Assembly: GCF_040564635.1 (NCBI RefSeq)
Contig: NZ_CP159837.1
Location: 99,801 to 163,800 of the forward strand
Length of the DNA: 64,000 nt
Reading direction: 5' to 3'
Source of the DNA: Planktothricoides raciborskii GIHE-MW2
GTDB taxonomy: Bacteria > Cyanobacteriota > Cyanobacteriia > Cyanobacteriales > Laspinemataceae
Shown: one piece after another, positions 39,835 to 50,815 of the stretch
How the letters are laid out: each line of letters starts with the position of its first letter
Position numbering within the stretch: position 1 is the first letter of the stretch
The notes under the pieces: model-generated
What the model was told of the DNA's origin: nothing
The model's input: the letters and a program-made list of their open reading frames with translations, nothing else
Database searches by the model: none
Made by a program: the position numbers and the translations under genes

Positions 39835-41805
39835 ATGATAATTTATTTTTGTTTTGGTGTTATGGTTGGTGTACATTGGTTGGTAAACATGGTTGGTAAA
39901 CTTTGCCCTCTAAAATTTTGCACATTTGGCGCGTTCGCGATAGCGGTGCGGAGCGCGATCGCGATAGGAATTTTTTTCAGAATTATTTGTCTGGGTAGGC
40001 GAGAGTTTTGGTACGATGAAGTGCTATCTTTACTTTTGAGTAATGGCCAAAAAATTGCCTACCAAACCCCAGGAGATTTGCCGGTAAAATTGGCAGACTA
40101 TTCTGCTTTGTTAAGCTTACCTCGTACCTCTGGGGTGAGCGACTTTCTGACTAATTTGGTGAATTTACTCAAAGGAATTGCCGGAGGTGAACCTCATCCC
40201 CCACTATTTTATCTGAGTCAACATTTTTGGCTGTATCTGTTTGGCAATAGCGAGGCAGGAATGCGGAGTTTGGGGGTGGTTCTCAGTATTGCCGCGATCG
40301 CTGCTGCCTATTTTTTGGGCAAACTACTTTTGGGACATCGTGGCGGACTTTTACTCGCCGCTTTATTGGCCATAAATCCATTTTATCTGTTTCATTCCCT
40401 AAATTTGCGAATGTATGGCCCCCTAGTTCTTTGGGTGACATTGACTACCTTATCTCTGCTACAACTGATTCGCCTAGAAATAAATGCCCCAGAAATAAAT
40501 TCCCCAGAAATAAATTCCCCAGAAATAAATTCCCCAGAAATAAATTCCCCAGAAATAAATTCCCCAGAAATAAATTCCCCAGAAATAAATGCCCTAGAAA
40601 TTAATTCATCTAAACTCCTGTGGACATTATTACTAATCGGTTCCGTAACTGCGGGTTGTCTCACTTTTTACTTATTTGCCTATTGGATGATTACCCTGGG
40701 AGTCGTGGTACTTTTTTTAGATCGGCAACATTGGTGGCAACATGGATTACGGTTAATCGCCGGAGTTTTACTCACAATTCCTTGGGCACTTTGGGGCACC
40801 TTGCAGCAACTTAGAAATGCTGATTTTGGCCGATTTAATGCCAGTAATGGATTTTTCGCGAGTATGCTGCAACATTTACAAGATTTAGCCAGCACTCTGG
40901 GGATTCATTTACTAATCGGCGATTGGGCTACTAGCCTACCGAATTCTATGCAGGCGATCGCGGGTTTTCTGGTTATGGGATTACTCACCGCAGGGATAAT
41001 CTATGGGTGGCAGAATCCTCATAAACCGGGTTTCTTGAAGAAACCCGGTTTCTCGGAATCATTCATCAAGTCTCCGCGCCGTCTCCTGATATTAGGCTTT
41101 TTATTGAGTCTTTTTCCCCTATTAATAGCCTTAGCAGTGGATATAATCACCGGCAAATTTACCCTAGGCTTTGGGTGGGGCAGAAGCATGATTTTTATTC
41201 TTCCGGGCTGCTTACTATTACTCACTATTTTAATCATGCAATTAATCAGGGTATCAAACAAAATATCCGCTTCTACCCCTGAATCCCCTCAGCCGCGCCC
41301 ATTAAATCCCCGTTGGCCTCAAATATTCGCCGTAATTCTTCTCTTATTATATTTAGGAATTAACGTGGGAGATTTTACCCTTCGACCCCGCTGGATGTTT
41401 CATCAAATTGCCGATATTCTTCAGGGCGAACCGAATAGTCCCACCTTAATTGCCATGAACTCAAAAGCCTGGGGTCATGTCATGCGGTTAGCGTATTATA
41501 TTCCCGCAAACTTGCCGGTCATGCTATTAGCGGAACCCGCCCCAGAATTAGCGATATCCTTAGAAAAAAGCTTAGAAAAAAGCCAGGAAAAAACCTCTAG
41601 TCAATATCAGCGAATTATCTGGATAGATAGTCATACCCCCATTTGGTCAAATCCAACCACAGAAACCGAAAAAGAAGCTATCACAAAAGTTTTAGAATCT
41701 CAATTTCAATTAGAAAAAACTTGGCAAGTTTCTGGCACCATGAATAGTGATGAATTTACGCTCAAACTTTATCATCTATCTGCTCAATTGATAATTAATA
41801 ATTGA
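39835..41805 (+). CDS. GT-C superfamily membrane glycosyltransferase (PMT_2/ArnT-like, GT39/GT83-like); the start codon is uncertain
   Basis: It has more than 10 predicted TM segments. The first-loop motif is REFWYDEVLS. It contains an internal PEINS x8 repeat and an in-frame hairpin element. Met at 39889 (MVGKL..) is a possible alternative start. Confidence 0.65.
   Translation: MIIYFCFGVMVGVHWLVNMVGKLCPLKFCTFGAFAIAVRSAIAIGIFFRIICLGRREFWYDEVLSLLLSNGQKIAYQTPGDLPVKLADYSALLSLPRTSGVSDFLTNLVNLLKGIAGGEPHPPLFYLSQHFWLYLFGNSEAGMRSLGVVLSIAAIAAAYFLGKLLLGHRGGLLLAALLAINPFYLFHSLNLRMYGPLVLWVTLTTLSLLQLIRLEINAPEINSPEINSPEINSPEINSPEINSPEINSPEINALEINSSKLLWTLLLIGSVTAGCLTFYLFAYWMITLGVVVLFLDRQHWWQHGLRLIAGVLLTIPWALWGTLQQLRNADFGRFNASNGFFASMLQHLQDLASTLGIHLLIGDWATSLPNSMQAIAGFLVMGLLTAGIIYGWQNPHKPGFLKKPGFSESFIKSPRRLLILGFLLSLFPLLIALAVDIITGKFTLGFGWGRSMIFILPGCLLLLTILIMQLIRVSNKISASTPESPQPRPLNPRWPQIFAVILLLLYLGINVGDFTLRPRWMFHQIADILQGEPNSPTLIAMNSKAWGHVMRLAYYIPANLPVMLLAEPAPELAISLEKSLEKSQEKTSSQYQRIIWIDSHTPIWSNPTTETEKEAITKVLESQFQLEKTWQVSGTMNSDEFTLKLYHLSAQLIINN
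40478..40606 (+). repeat. In-frame 15-bp tandem repeat x8 inside the CDS, encoding (PEINS)8
   Basis: CCCCAGAAATAAATT x8 translates to APEINSPEINSPEINSPEIN... in the frame of ORF 39835-41805. Confidence 0.9.
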
Positions 41806-41855
41806 TAATTATTAATTATCAATTATTAATTATCAATTATTAATTATCAGAGCAA

Positions 41856-42767
41856 CTATCGATCGCTCATATTTGCTAAACGCAAATACAGTTGAGGATC
41901 TTCTGCCACCCAACCGAGATCGGAATTTGATCGCACCTCAAAATGCAAATGGGGTTCGTGAACATCCGGGCTTCCCGTGGTGCCTACAGTGCCAATTTGT
42001 TGTCCCTTTTTCACCTGTTGACCTGGTTGCACCGACATTAACTCCAAATGGGCATAACGAGTTTGCTTACCGCTGGCATGGTTAATCACCACCAAATTGC
42101 CATAAGCCCCACGGGAGTCAGCAAAAGCCACCACCCCATCCCCCACAGTCAACACGGGAGTACCCACTGCTGCTTGGAGGTCAACGCCACTGTGAAAAGC
42201 CACTTCACTGCTGGTCGGTCGTAAGCGCCAGCCATAGCCCAGTAATTCTACTGACTGCCCTGGTAAGGGGAAACCGCCCAAAACTCCTTGTCGCACTACT
42301 TGACTAGCAGATGCTGCGGAATTAATCGGCGACCAATTGACTCCAGGAACAAATACCACTCGCGGGTTAGCTTGACAACCATTCACCTCAAACAAAACAT
42401 CGGGCCGCAAGTTATACTTTTGGGCTACGTCTTGCCAAGTTTCACCTGCCGGAACCTCGACGCGGATGCCGTTGTAGGGGGGAATCAAAATCTCTGCACC
42501 GACCGGCGCATTCCCTTGCTGTAATATGGGATTCATTCCCATCAGGGTGGCAGGAATCAGATTATATTCTGCGGCAATAGTTTCCAGGGTTTCACCGGCA
42601 GCAATGCGATGCTTTTGCAGCCGGGATAAGGCCGGTAACGGACAACCTGATTCCTGTGAAATTTGCCGATTTTCTGTTTGGGCAATTTGATTGGCCGTGG
42701 CATTTAACCCGGGCATAAGTAAATATATAACTGTAGAGAGCAAACACAGCCTCAACGGTGAATTCAT
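41856..42767 (-). CDS. LysM-domain M23 family metallopeptidase
   Basis: It has a signal peptide, two LysM motifs (HRIAAGETLETIAAEYNL, VPAGETWQDVAQKYNL) and an M23 core (HSGVDLQAAVGTPV...GNLVVINHASGKQTRYAHL...HLHFEV). Confidence 0.85.
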   Translation of the reverse strand: MNSPLRLCLLSTVIYLLMPGLNATANQIAQTENRQISQESGCPLPALSRLQKHRIAAGETLETIAAEYNLIPATLMGMNPILQQGNAPVGAEILIPPYNGIRVEVPAGETWQDVAQKYNLRPDVLFEVNGCQANPRVVFVPGVNWSPINSAASASQVVRQGVLGGFPLPGQSVELLGYGWRLRPTSSEVAFHSGVDLQAAVGTPVLTVGDGVVAFADSRGAYGNLVVINHASGKQTRYAHLELMSVQPGQQVKKGQQIGTVGTTGSPDVHEPHLHFEVRSNSDLGWVAEDPQLYLRLANMSDR

Positions 42768-43183
42768 ATTAATAATAGATGTGAGAAATTTCTAAGTTAT
42801 TAGTTATTAGTTATTGGTTATTTAACAAACAACTTGCCAACAAATAACTAATAACTAATAACAATTTATCTGTGCGATCGCCTGAAGCAACCATACCTCA
42901 ATGCTACCCAACTGACTTCAGCGATCGCCACTCCATACCCGGACAGGGGGAGCGGAGGGGCTGGGGTGCAGGGGAGCGGGGGAGAATTTTTGCCCTCACC
43001 CCCCCTGCCCCTCATCCCCCCTGCTCCTTATCCCCGTTCCCCGCTCCCTGATAACTGTTCCCCTTTCCCCAACCACCAACCAACAACAACTAAATTTTAT
43101 TTCTGGCAGGGATTAACCTACGGCGATCGCTCATATTACAATATGTAAAGAAAGTAAAAAAATTCAGTAGGAAAGGGCAGAGA

Positions 43184-44620
43184 ATGCGAGTTGCGATCGC
43201 CGGTGCGGGACTAGCAGGTATGGCCACCGCAATAGACTTAGTAGACGCGGGACACGAAGTAGAAATCTTTGAATCCCGTCCGTTTGTCGGTGGCAAAGTA
43301 GGCAGTTGGGTAGACCCCGACGGCAATCATATTGAAATGGGGTTGCACGTCTTTTTTGGCTGCTACTACAACCTCTTCGACTTAATGAACAAAGTGGGGG
43401 CAGGAAATAACCTCCGACTCAAAGAGCATACCCACACCTTTGTCAATCACGGGGGCAAAATCGGCGAATTAGATTTTCGGTTTTTTACCGGCGCCCCGTT
43501 CAATGGGTTAAAAGCCTTCTTCACCACCTCTCAGCTATCAGTCCAGGATAAACTCCAAAATGCGATCGCCCTGGGAACCAGCCCGATCGTCCGTGGATTA
43601 GTGGACTTCGACGGCGCCATGAGAAATATCCGCGACCTAGATAAAATCAGCTTTGCGGACTGGTTCCGCAAACATGGGGGCAGCGACGGCAGCATCAAAA
43701 GAATGTGGAACCCGATCGCCTACGCCTTGGGGTTCATCGACTGTGAAAACATCTCAGCCCGGTGTATGCTGACCATCTTCCAATTCTTTGCGGTCAAAAC
43801 GGAAGCCTCAGTCCTGCGAATGCTAGAAGGTTCCCCCCATGAATACTTGCATAAACCCATCGTCAAGTATCTCGAAGACCGGGGCACCAAAATCCACACC
43901 CGACGGCAAGTCCGGCAAATCTTATTTGAAGATCGCCCCATTACAACCGTCACAGGTCTACGGGTTGCCAACGGGGAAAGCGAAGAAACCATCACCGCTG
44001 ACGCCTATCTTTTCGCCTGTGATATCCCCGGCATTCAGAAAGTGTTGCCCCAGGAATGGCGGAAATGGCCGGAATTTGACAATATCTATAAACTCGAAGC
44101 GGTCCCCGTCGCCACCGTACAACTGCGCTTTGATGGCTGGGTGACAGAACTCCATGACGCGGAAAAACGCAAACAATTACAGGAAGCAGCAGGATTAGAT
44201 AATCTGCTTTATACCCCAGACGCGGACTTTTCTTGTTTTGCAGATTTAGCCTTAACCTCTCCCGCTGATTACTATCGCCAGGGACAAGGTTCTCTAATGC
44301 AGTTGGTGTTAACTCCAGGAGATCCATTTATTAAACAGAGTAACCAGGAGATCGCCGACCATGTACTCAAACAAGTGCGGGACTTATTCCCCTCAGCCCG
44401 CGACCTCAACATGACCTGGTATAGTGTGGTCAAACTGGCCCAATCCCTCTATCGGGAAGCCCCTGGCATGGATCCTTATCGTCCCGCCCAAAAAACCCCC
44501 ATTCCCAACTTCTTCCTCGCGGGTGCCTATACCCAACAGGATTATATCGACAGTATGGAAGGGGCGACCATTTCTGGACGACAAGCGGCCAAAGTGATTC
44601 TGGAATTTGCCGGTAAATAG
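43184..44620 (+). CDS. pds: 15-cis-phytoene desaturase (plant/cyanobacterial type)
   Basis: The N-terminus is [57 protein letters not shown] is characteristic of Pds/CrtP. Confidence 0.9.
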   Translation: MRVAIAGAGLAGMATAIDLVDAGHEVEIFESRPFVGGKVGSWVDPDGNHIEMGLHVFFGCYYNLFDLMNKVGAGNNLRLKEHTHTFVNHGGKIGELDFRFFTGAPFNGLKAFFTTSQLSVQDKLQNAIALGTSPIVRGLVDFDGAMRNIRDLDKISFADWFRKHGGSDGSIKRMWNPIAYALGFIDCENISARCMLTIFQFFAVKTEASVLRMLEGSPHEYLHKPIVKYLEDRGTKIHTRRQVRQILFEDRPITTVTGLRVANGESEETITADAYLFACDIPGIQKVLPQEWRKWPEFDNIYKLEAVPVATVQLRFDGWVTELHDAEKRKQLQEAAGLDNLLYTPDADFSCFADLALTSPADYYRQGQGSLMQLVLTPGDPFIKQSNQEIADHVLKQVRDLFPSARDLNMTWYSVVKLAQSLYREAPGMDPYRPAQKTPIPNFFLAGAYTQQDYIDSMEGATISGRQAAKVILEFAGK

Positions 44621-44742
44621 TTGATTTTTATCCCTTCAAACAGAAAAAACACGAGGATTTCTCTTCGTGTTTTTTCTGTAGAAATTCGTCCGATCCAGAA
44701 GTAAAGGTTTAATCGATATTTTCGATATTTTAATCCAAATTT

Positions 44743-45588
44743 TTAATCCAAATTTTGGCGTTGCCACGATGGGGTTGCTTCAGTCGATCCATTATTTTCC
44801 ATCATCCAAGGAATGTGATTAGAAACTGGCTTAGGGGAGAACGGAATTGATAAAGGTGATATTCCTTGACCAAGTTGTTTGGTTTCTCCTAAAGTCTCTA
44901 ATCCTTCTAAAAGCGCTTCCCGAACCAAAGGTTCAGGTTCTCGACTCCACATTAAATGAAAATAGTCGGCGATCGCCTCTTGTTGTTCTCGCTGACCATA
45001 ATTTTTTCTGATTAAACTGGTTAGCTGACGCACAGAAATTAACCGTTTCAGGGGATCGGCATCGGTTAAATTGACAATTAACTGATTCAGGCTCAGTTCT
45101 GCTTCACTGGATTTATGGGTCAAAAAATGCCAAACTAATAAGCACAAAGTGGCAAAAATCCCCATTGTTTGCAGTGCAATAATCCCCTGGGTCGCCCCGG
45201 TAGCTATCCAGTGGTCTTCCGTTGACAACCAGATAGACACAGCCAGATAAGTCAACAAGCTAGTCATGCCACCTGTAGCCACGGAGATCGCCACCGCTTG
45301 ATTTGTCCCCCGGAAAAACCGATGCCACTGCTGAAAAATTCGCCGCCAATCCCATTGTTGCATAAAATACATCGCCAGCATCGCGACGATGCCAGCCCCG
45401 GTTGCCAACAACAGTTGCCAATTCCACAATAGAATTGCCACCGCCATCCCTAATACCACCAAATGGCCGGTCTGTTTGCGCCATCTCAACCGAGTCAACG
45501 GCTTGAGAAATTGCTGCACCTCTTTTGGATCCCACAACTCCGAAATCAGATTAACCAGTTGTTGCCATTGCGACGAAGCTTGTGCCAC
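44743..45588 (-). CDS. Hypothetical membrane protein (about 4 TM segments)
   Basis: It is a long ORF with hydrophobic segments (LVVLGMAVAILLWNW, IVAMLAMYFM, LLTYLAVSIWL, IFATLCLLVWHF). Confidence 0.5.
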   Translation of the reverse strand: MAQASSQWQQLVNLISELWDPKEVQQFLKPLTRLRWRKQTGHLVVLGMAVAILLWNWQLLLATGAGIVAMLAMYFMQQWDWRRIFQQWHRFFRGTNQAVAISVATGGMTSLLTYLAVSIWLSTEDHWIATGATQGIIALQTMGIFATLCLLVWHFLTHKSSEAELSLNQLIVNLTDADPLKRLISVRQLTSLIRKNYGQREQQEAIADYFHLMWSREPEPLVREALLEGLETLGETKQLGQGISPLSIPFSPKPVSNHIPWMMENNGSTEATPSWQRQNLD

Positions 45589-45770
45589 GTTAATTTACCT
45601 AGTTATTGCCCAGCAAAGAAAATCACCTAGTTTAGGACTTTATCACTGAAACCAGGTTTTTATCATAGCTTTTTTTTCTCCAGTCTCTATCACCAGGGTC
45701 TTGGTCAGCCCCCAGGTCGATGATTCAGGATTCATTGAGCGTCGATCGCTCATAAGCGATCGCCACTTGC

Positions 45771-46334
45771 TTATTTCCTAAAACTAATCGCATCCAAAGT
45801 CAGTTGGCCATCAAATGCGTAGAAAGTGACTTTATGGATATTCCGTGCTTGGACAAACAATAACTCATTGGGCGAAATCGCTGCATTACTGCCTGCTAAA
45901 TTGGCGCTGGGGAGTTTTTTCCGCATCAGTTCTTGGCCTAGAGAATTATAGGCGGTAAAAATCGTGGGGCGAGAACTGGTGACTCGGCCACTGACATAAG
46001 AAACGGGTTGGGCAAACGTCATAGAAATGAACCCATTGTCAGGAGATGCTAACAATAGCATTTGTCCTGAGTAGGTGGGAAAAGCGGGATTGGAGGGTTT
46101 CAGGGCGATCGCATTGTTAAAAGTAATGCCTAATGACTCAAATTGGTGATCGATCGCTTCAAAAGGTGTCAACGTTTCCAAATTCAAGCAGTGTAACTCA
46201 GAAGTTTCCCCTTTGACCCTCAACCGAGCGTCCTCAGACTCACCGGCAAATAAGCGCGATCGGTGAAACGGCGGCAAAGTTGGCTCGAAAGCTTCGATGA
46301 TGCTACGGGTGGTAAAACTAGATGACTGAAACAT
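45771..46334 (-). CDS. Hypothetical protein
   Basis: It is a 187-aa ORF with no recognizable motif. Confidence 0.4.
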   Translation of the reverse strand: MFQSSSFTTRSIIEAFEPTLPPFHRSRLFAGESEDARLRVKGETSELHCLNLETLTPFEAIDHQFESLGITFNNAIALKPSNPAFPTYSGQMLLLASPDNGFISMTFAQPVSYVSGRVTSSRPTIFTAYNSLGQELMRKKLPSANLAGSNAAISPNELLFVQARNIHKVTFYAFDGQLTLDAISFRK

Positions 46335-46974
46335 AAGACCCTATTGACCTATTGCGTGCTGTTTGCTTGTCGTGGGATGACAAACCAATCCTTTCACGGG
46401 CTTGATGAGGGGTCTGACCCCTCACTAAACTATTATGTATGATTTCTTCAGATTTGGCATCTGAGAACAGGATTCACCCACTCCGATGCTTTATCCGGAA
46501 AGAAAAAAATTCCCGCAAAAATTTTTTAAGCTCATCAGGTATAATCAGAATAATTCCGTTAATCTAATCAGCGAATATGCTTTAAATTAGTCATTCAGAA
46601 ATATTTGAATTCAAACAACCAAAAAATCAATGCCTCCCTGGTTGCTTAATAATTTTTCAAAATCCTTCAAAATCATTTAACAATAATTGCCTAATCAGCA
46701 ATGATTGGGGTTCAGATTCCTAGGAATATAAATGAGTCAATGATATCAATAAACTGGCGGAACAAATCTTAAAATAAGCTGAGGAATTCACCAAAGATAA
46801 ATGATTTAAAGCGAGGGAAAACAGAAATCAGTGACATCAACGGAGGGGGCGCGATTCGCCCCTAAGCGCGATAGCTTCGCTTCACGCTCGCATCACTCGC
46901 ATACTTAGATAGAGGCTATACAATAGAAGATAAGTGACTAGAATGTTCCATGTTTATGGTTATGGAGTTTTACT

Positions 46975-48096
46975 ATGGCACAAGCGGTAGGTGAGAAACC
47001 CACAAAAGGGTTTGATTTCTCACAACTGGAAGAAAGGTTCAACATGATGATGTCGAGTATCACGGTGAAGGATAAAGCCGTGTTCTCCCGTCAGTTAGCC
47101 ATGATGTTCGCTTCTGGGATTGCCTTGATGAAAGCGATCGACATCTTGGGCAGTCAAGCAGAAAATGCCAAAATGAAGTACGCCCTCAAAAGGATCAAGG
47201 CAGACCTGGAAACCGGGGTGCCTTTGTCCGTGTCAATGGGCAAATTTCCCGATGTGTTTGATGACCTCTATTGCGCGATGGTAGAGTCCGGTGAAATTGG
47301 GGGGGTTTTGGATACGGTGCTGAACCGGCTGGCGATCGCCCTGGAAAAGTCCGCGAAAATGGAAAACGAAATTAAATCAGCTTCGTCTTATCCCAAAGCC
47401 GTGGGATCGATCGCGGTGATTGTGTTTTTCGCCATGACCACCTTTCTTCTGCCCACATTTGCGAAGATTTTTGAAGACCTAGGCGCTAAATTACCGTTTA
47501 TCACCGTTGCGCTGCTGGAAATTAGTAAATTTTCCCGAGATCCCATGAGAATGGGGCCGGCGATCGGCGTGTTGTGGTTTGTAATCTTCTTGATCAAGAC
47601 CTATTACAAAACCCCGGTAGGTCGTCTGATGATCGATCGGGGGATGCTTTACTTGCCCATTATTGGAGAACTGCTGAAACTGATTGCCGTGGCTCGTTTT
47701 TGTAACACCTTTGCCATGTTAACCGCTGCGGGGGTGCCCATGCTGACCTGCTTTGATATTGTGGGCAGAACCGCTGGCAACCAGGCAATCTGTAATGCGA
47801 TTACCAGTGCCAAAAGCGAAGTCCAACAGGGTGGCAGTTTAACGGAAGCCTTTGAACGAGAAAAAATATTTCCCAACATGGCTATTTCCATGATGAGAAT
47901 TGGGGAAGAAACCGGGGAACTGGATAAAATGCTTTCTAAAGTGGGCGAATTCTACGAAGATGAAGTGGAACAAGCCATCAAAGGTCTGACCAGTACCTTG
48001 GAACCAATTATGATGGTGGGGATTGCGGCGTTGGTAGGTTCCATTCTGATGTCGATGTATTTGCCCATGTTTGCTGTGTTTGACAAATTAGGTTAA
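46975..48096 (+). CDS. pilC: GspF/PilC-family type IV pilus or T2SS inner-membrane platform protein
   Basis: Two T2SSF repeats are present (VFSRQLAMMFASGIALMKAIDIL; FCNTFAMLTAAGVPMLTCFDIV) and there are 3 TM segments. Confidence 0.75.
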   Translation: MAQAVGEKPTKGFDFSQLEERFNMMMSSITVKDKAVFSRQLAMMFASGIALMKAIDILGSQAENAKMKYALKRIKADLETGVPLSVSMGKFPDVFDDLYCAMVESGEIGGVLDTVLNRLAIALEKSAKMENEIKSASSYPKAVGSIAVIVFFAMTTFLLPTFAKIFEDLGAKLPFITVALLEISKFSRDPMRMGPAIGVLWFVIFLIKTYYKTPVGRLMIDRGMLYLPIIGELLKLIAVARFCNTFAMLTAAGVPMLTCFDIVGRTAGNQAICNAITSAKSEVQQGGSLTEAFEREKIFPNMAISMMRIGEETGELDKMLSKVGEFYEDEVEQAIKGLTSTLEPIMMVGIAALVGSILMSMYLPMFAVFDKLG

Positions 48097-48235
48097 TCCC
48101 AATTTGTGTCCATGAATCCAGCCATGAATTATTTCAAGGGCGATCGCAAATCTTGTCACATTAAATTGAGTCGGTGCAGTGCATCTAACTTGATAATTAG
48201 ACCGCTGGCCAAACCGCAACTCATCTCTTAAGCAT

Positions 48236-48937
48236 ATGCGACGGGCTGGATTCTTCAGACAGCAATATTCTCATAAAAATGATGATTTTCTGAACGGTAA
48301 AAATTTGTCCATACCTAAAATACTGGAGAGGGAAATTAGCAAAAATATGCCTATTCAACAATCTCATTACGAAGAGCTACTTTCTGACTATAGCGACTCC
48401 ACTAAAGTAGTGGAACTGTTGAAAAAATATCGACCTTACATGGAAATGATTCCCAGTATGCGTCGGCCAAAAGAAAGTGTGATTCCTATTCCTTTGCCCA
48501 CAGTGCGAGTCCGTGAACCGATATCACCGTCTAAACCCGGTGGCTTTAGTGCATCGGCACAAGAAGTGATTAGCCTTCCTTGCGATCTGGGGATTATTAT
48601 GTGCGATCCAGAATGGCAAATTAAAGTAGGAGTAGAAATTTTTGTCTTTATTTATCGTCCCCATGAAGAATTTTCTGAGTTACTGATGCGTTGGCGGAAT
48701 ACTCAGGTCTGGTTGAGTCACGGGTATGAATGGTTAATGCCCCTACAACATAAATATATTCTCGGTGAAGCGGCTGAATCCATTTATCCACTTTTTGTCA
48801 TTTTTGAGGAAACCCCTGAGCGAATTAAAAAAGGCTTAAAAGGAGCATCTCTTCCCTTTGTTGTGGAAACTATCAGACAACCTTATGAATATCAACCAGA
48901 AGAAAGTATAGAAGAAGTGATTACGCCTGCGGAGTAA
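48236..48937 (+). CDS. Hypothetical protein
   Basis: It is a 233-aa ORF with no recognizable motif. Confidence 0.4.
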   Translation: MRRAGFFRQQYSHKNDDFLNGKNLSIPKILEREISKNMPIQQSHYEELLSDYSDSTKVVELLKKYRPYMEMIPSMRRPKESVIPIPLPTVRVREPISPSKPGGFSASAQEVISLPCDLGIIMCDPEWQIKVGVEIFVFIYRPHEEFSELLMRWRNTQVWLSHGYEWLMPLQHKYILGEAAESIYPLFVIFEETPERIKKGLKGASLPFVVETIRQPYEYQPEESIEEVITPAE

Positions 48938-49057
48938 ATAATTAAGCATATTTGAGCATATTTGCTCTGCGGGCAATTGAGCGTCTACTGATTCAGCTAA
49001 GTCTCCGTTAATATTTCCCTAGCCATACTGCATACACATAATCAATAATGAATTTAG

Positions 49058-50173
49058 ATGATTTCGCTAGATGAAGTGAAAGCGGCTTTTGATGCCGGTG
49101 ACTATCGAGAAGCCACAAAATTACTGAAAATTTTACTTAAGGATTCCCCAGATAATCCTTGGGTGCAATTTTATGTGGGAAAGTTGTATGAAGTCACTGA
49201 TAAGCTAGAAGCGGCAGAAAAAGTTTACCGCAAATTGCTCAGTCAGGGGAGAAATCCCAAGGTGGTTTCACTGGCAAGGGAAGGTTTGAAGCGGGTGGAA
49301 ATGATTCCCAAAGAACGCCGCCAAGCCGCGATCGCCCGTGCCAAAGAAGACCCCAGTCAGCTTTTGCCCGGACTACTGGTACTCGAACCCATTGACCCAG
49401 AGTTGAAAACCCAAGCGGCTCAAAGCTTTGCCCGAATTATGCAGTTGGATCCATACTCAGCCCGACTGCTACTGCCAACCCGCAGTTGGCGGATGTATCG
49501 GACTGGGGTGATCGGTGAATTGCGGGTATTTGTCGATGAGCTTCGCAAGGCGAACATCCCTGCGTTTTGTGCCACAATAGAGCAAATTAATCGGATTCGC
49601 GTCTTTCGCACCAGCTATTTTCAGTCGATTTCCCCTCAAGCCACGGTGGTTTGTCAGAATGAAATGAATCAGGTCGGGCAAATTTCTTTTAACTGGTCAG
49701 AAGTCACACAACTTGTATCGGGATTACTGCCTATTTTTGAAGAAGTGGGAGTACAAAATCATCGGCGGACTCGGACAAACTATAAGCAGAAAATTAGTAA
49801 TTATGTGGGGGTTTGCGATTTACATCTACCCCAGCGGGGCTGTATTTTACGTTTGTGCCAAGATAGTTATGAATTTCAGCAAGGCTTTGATTTCACTCCA
49901 GAAGCCAATCAGCCTGCTAAAGGGTTGACGCCAAAAATTGAAAAGTTCAGTACACAACTCAAATGGCAAAATATGTTAAAAATTCTGAAAGAAAAATTAC
50001 CCCTGATTGCCTGTTGGTCTGATTTTACTGCTTTTGCTGAAACCACTTTACAAGAATTAGATATGCTCGATCGCATTACTTCTCATATCGATTTATTGCG
50101 CGAAGTACCGACAAATTGGGATCCAGCATTTCAAGTTTATAGTGGCTTAGTGTTTCTCAGGCCAAATTTGTAA
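49058..50173 (+). CDS. Hypothetical protein with an N-terminal TPR-like helical region
   Basis: It is a 371-aa ORF. The N-terminus is DYREATKLLKILLKDSPDNPWVQFYVGKLYEVTDKLEAAEKVYRKLL. Confidence 0.45.
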   Translation: MISLDEVKAAFDAGDYREATKLLKILLKDSPDNPWVQFYVGKLYEVTDKLEAAEKVYRKLLSQGRNPKVVSLAREGLKRVEMIPKERRQAAIARAKEDPSQLLPGLLVLEPIDPELKTQAAQSFARIMQLDPYSARLLLPTRSWRMYRTGVIGELRVFVDELRKANIPAFCATIEQINRIRVFRTSYFQSISPQATVVCQNEMNQVGQISFNWSEVTQLVSGLLPIFEEVGVQNHRRTRTNYKQKISNYVGVCDLHLPQRGCILRLCQDSYEFQQGFDFTPEANQPAKGLTPKIEKFSTQLKWQNMLKILKEKLPLIACWSDFTAFAETTLQELDMLDRITSHIDLLREVPTNWDPAFQVYSGLVFLRPNL

Positions 50174-50699
50174 AAAATTTGTCAGCAAACTTGTAAAATT
50201 TGCTTGATTTTAAATCCGGCGATCGCTATACGATCGCTCTATGATACCTCTATGATCCCTCTATGTTGAAAGATGGTGATGACAATGTTGGGTAATAAAT
50301 GTTGGGTAATAAATGTTATCGACGGCCTCTAACATGGATCGGGTCTTTTTCTCCAGCATCACTGACTTGGCCATTTAGGGCTGCATAAGCTTTAGCTGTT
50401 TGATGCTCAACTGGAAATGACTTAATGGTGATTCCCACACTGAGAAGAAGTAAGAATATCATCGATGTGTAAAAGCGCATATTAAATCTCCTGTTTTTTA
50501 GGCTGCTACTCCTGATTACGCAAGTTCGATTCTGGAATCAGGACAAAACACCCTAAAATGTGAATTTTTTTAGAGAAAGCTTTATTTTATGATGCTGAAA
50601 TATTTTTTTTGAGAGATTTTCCCTAATTTCCGTAAATTTGGATTAAGATAGTTACAGATAAGTATATCGATGTCTCTTGAATTCCTCTTGGCAAGTCCA

Positions 50700-50815
50700 G
50701 GAGGTATTTTTTGCGGGTATTTTTTGCGGGTATTTTTTGCGGGTATTTTTTGCGGGTATTTTTTGCGGGTATTTTTTGCGGGTATTTTTTGCGGGTATTT
50801 TTTGCGGGTATTTTT
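50700..50815. repeat. 13-mer tandem repeat (GGGTATTTTTTGC) x9
   Basis: The repeat is read directly. Confidence 0.9.

Noticed and set aside
40392-40664. Antisense ORF encoding (GEFIS)n
   Set aside because: It is the mirror image of the in-frame PEINS repeat on the coding strand of the GT-C gene.
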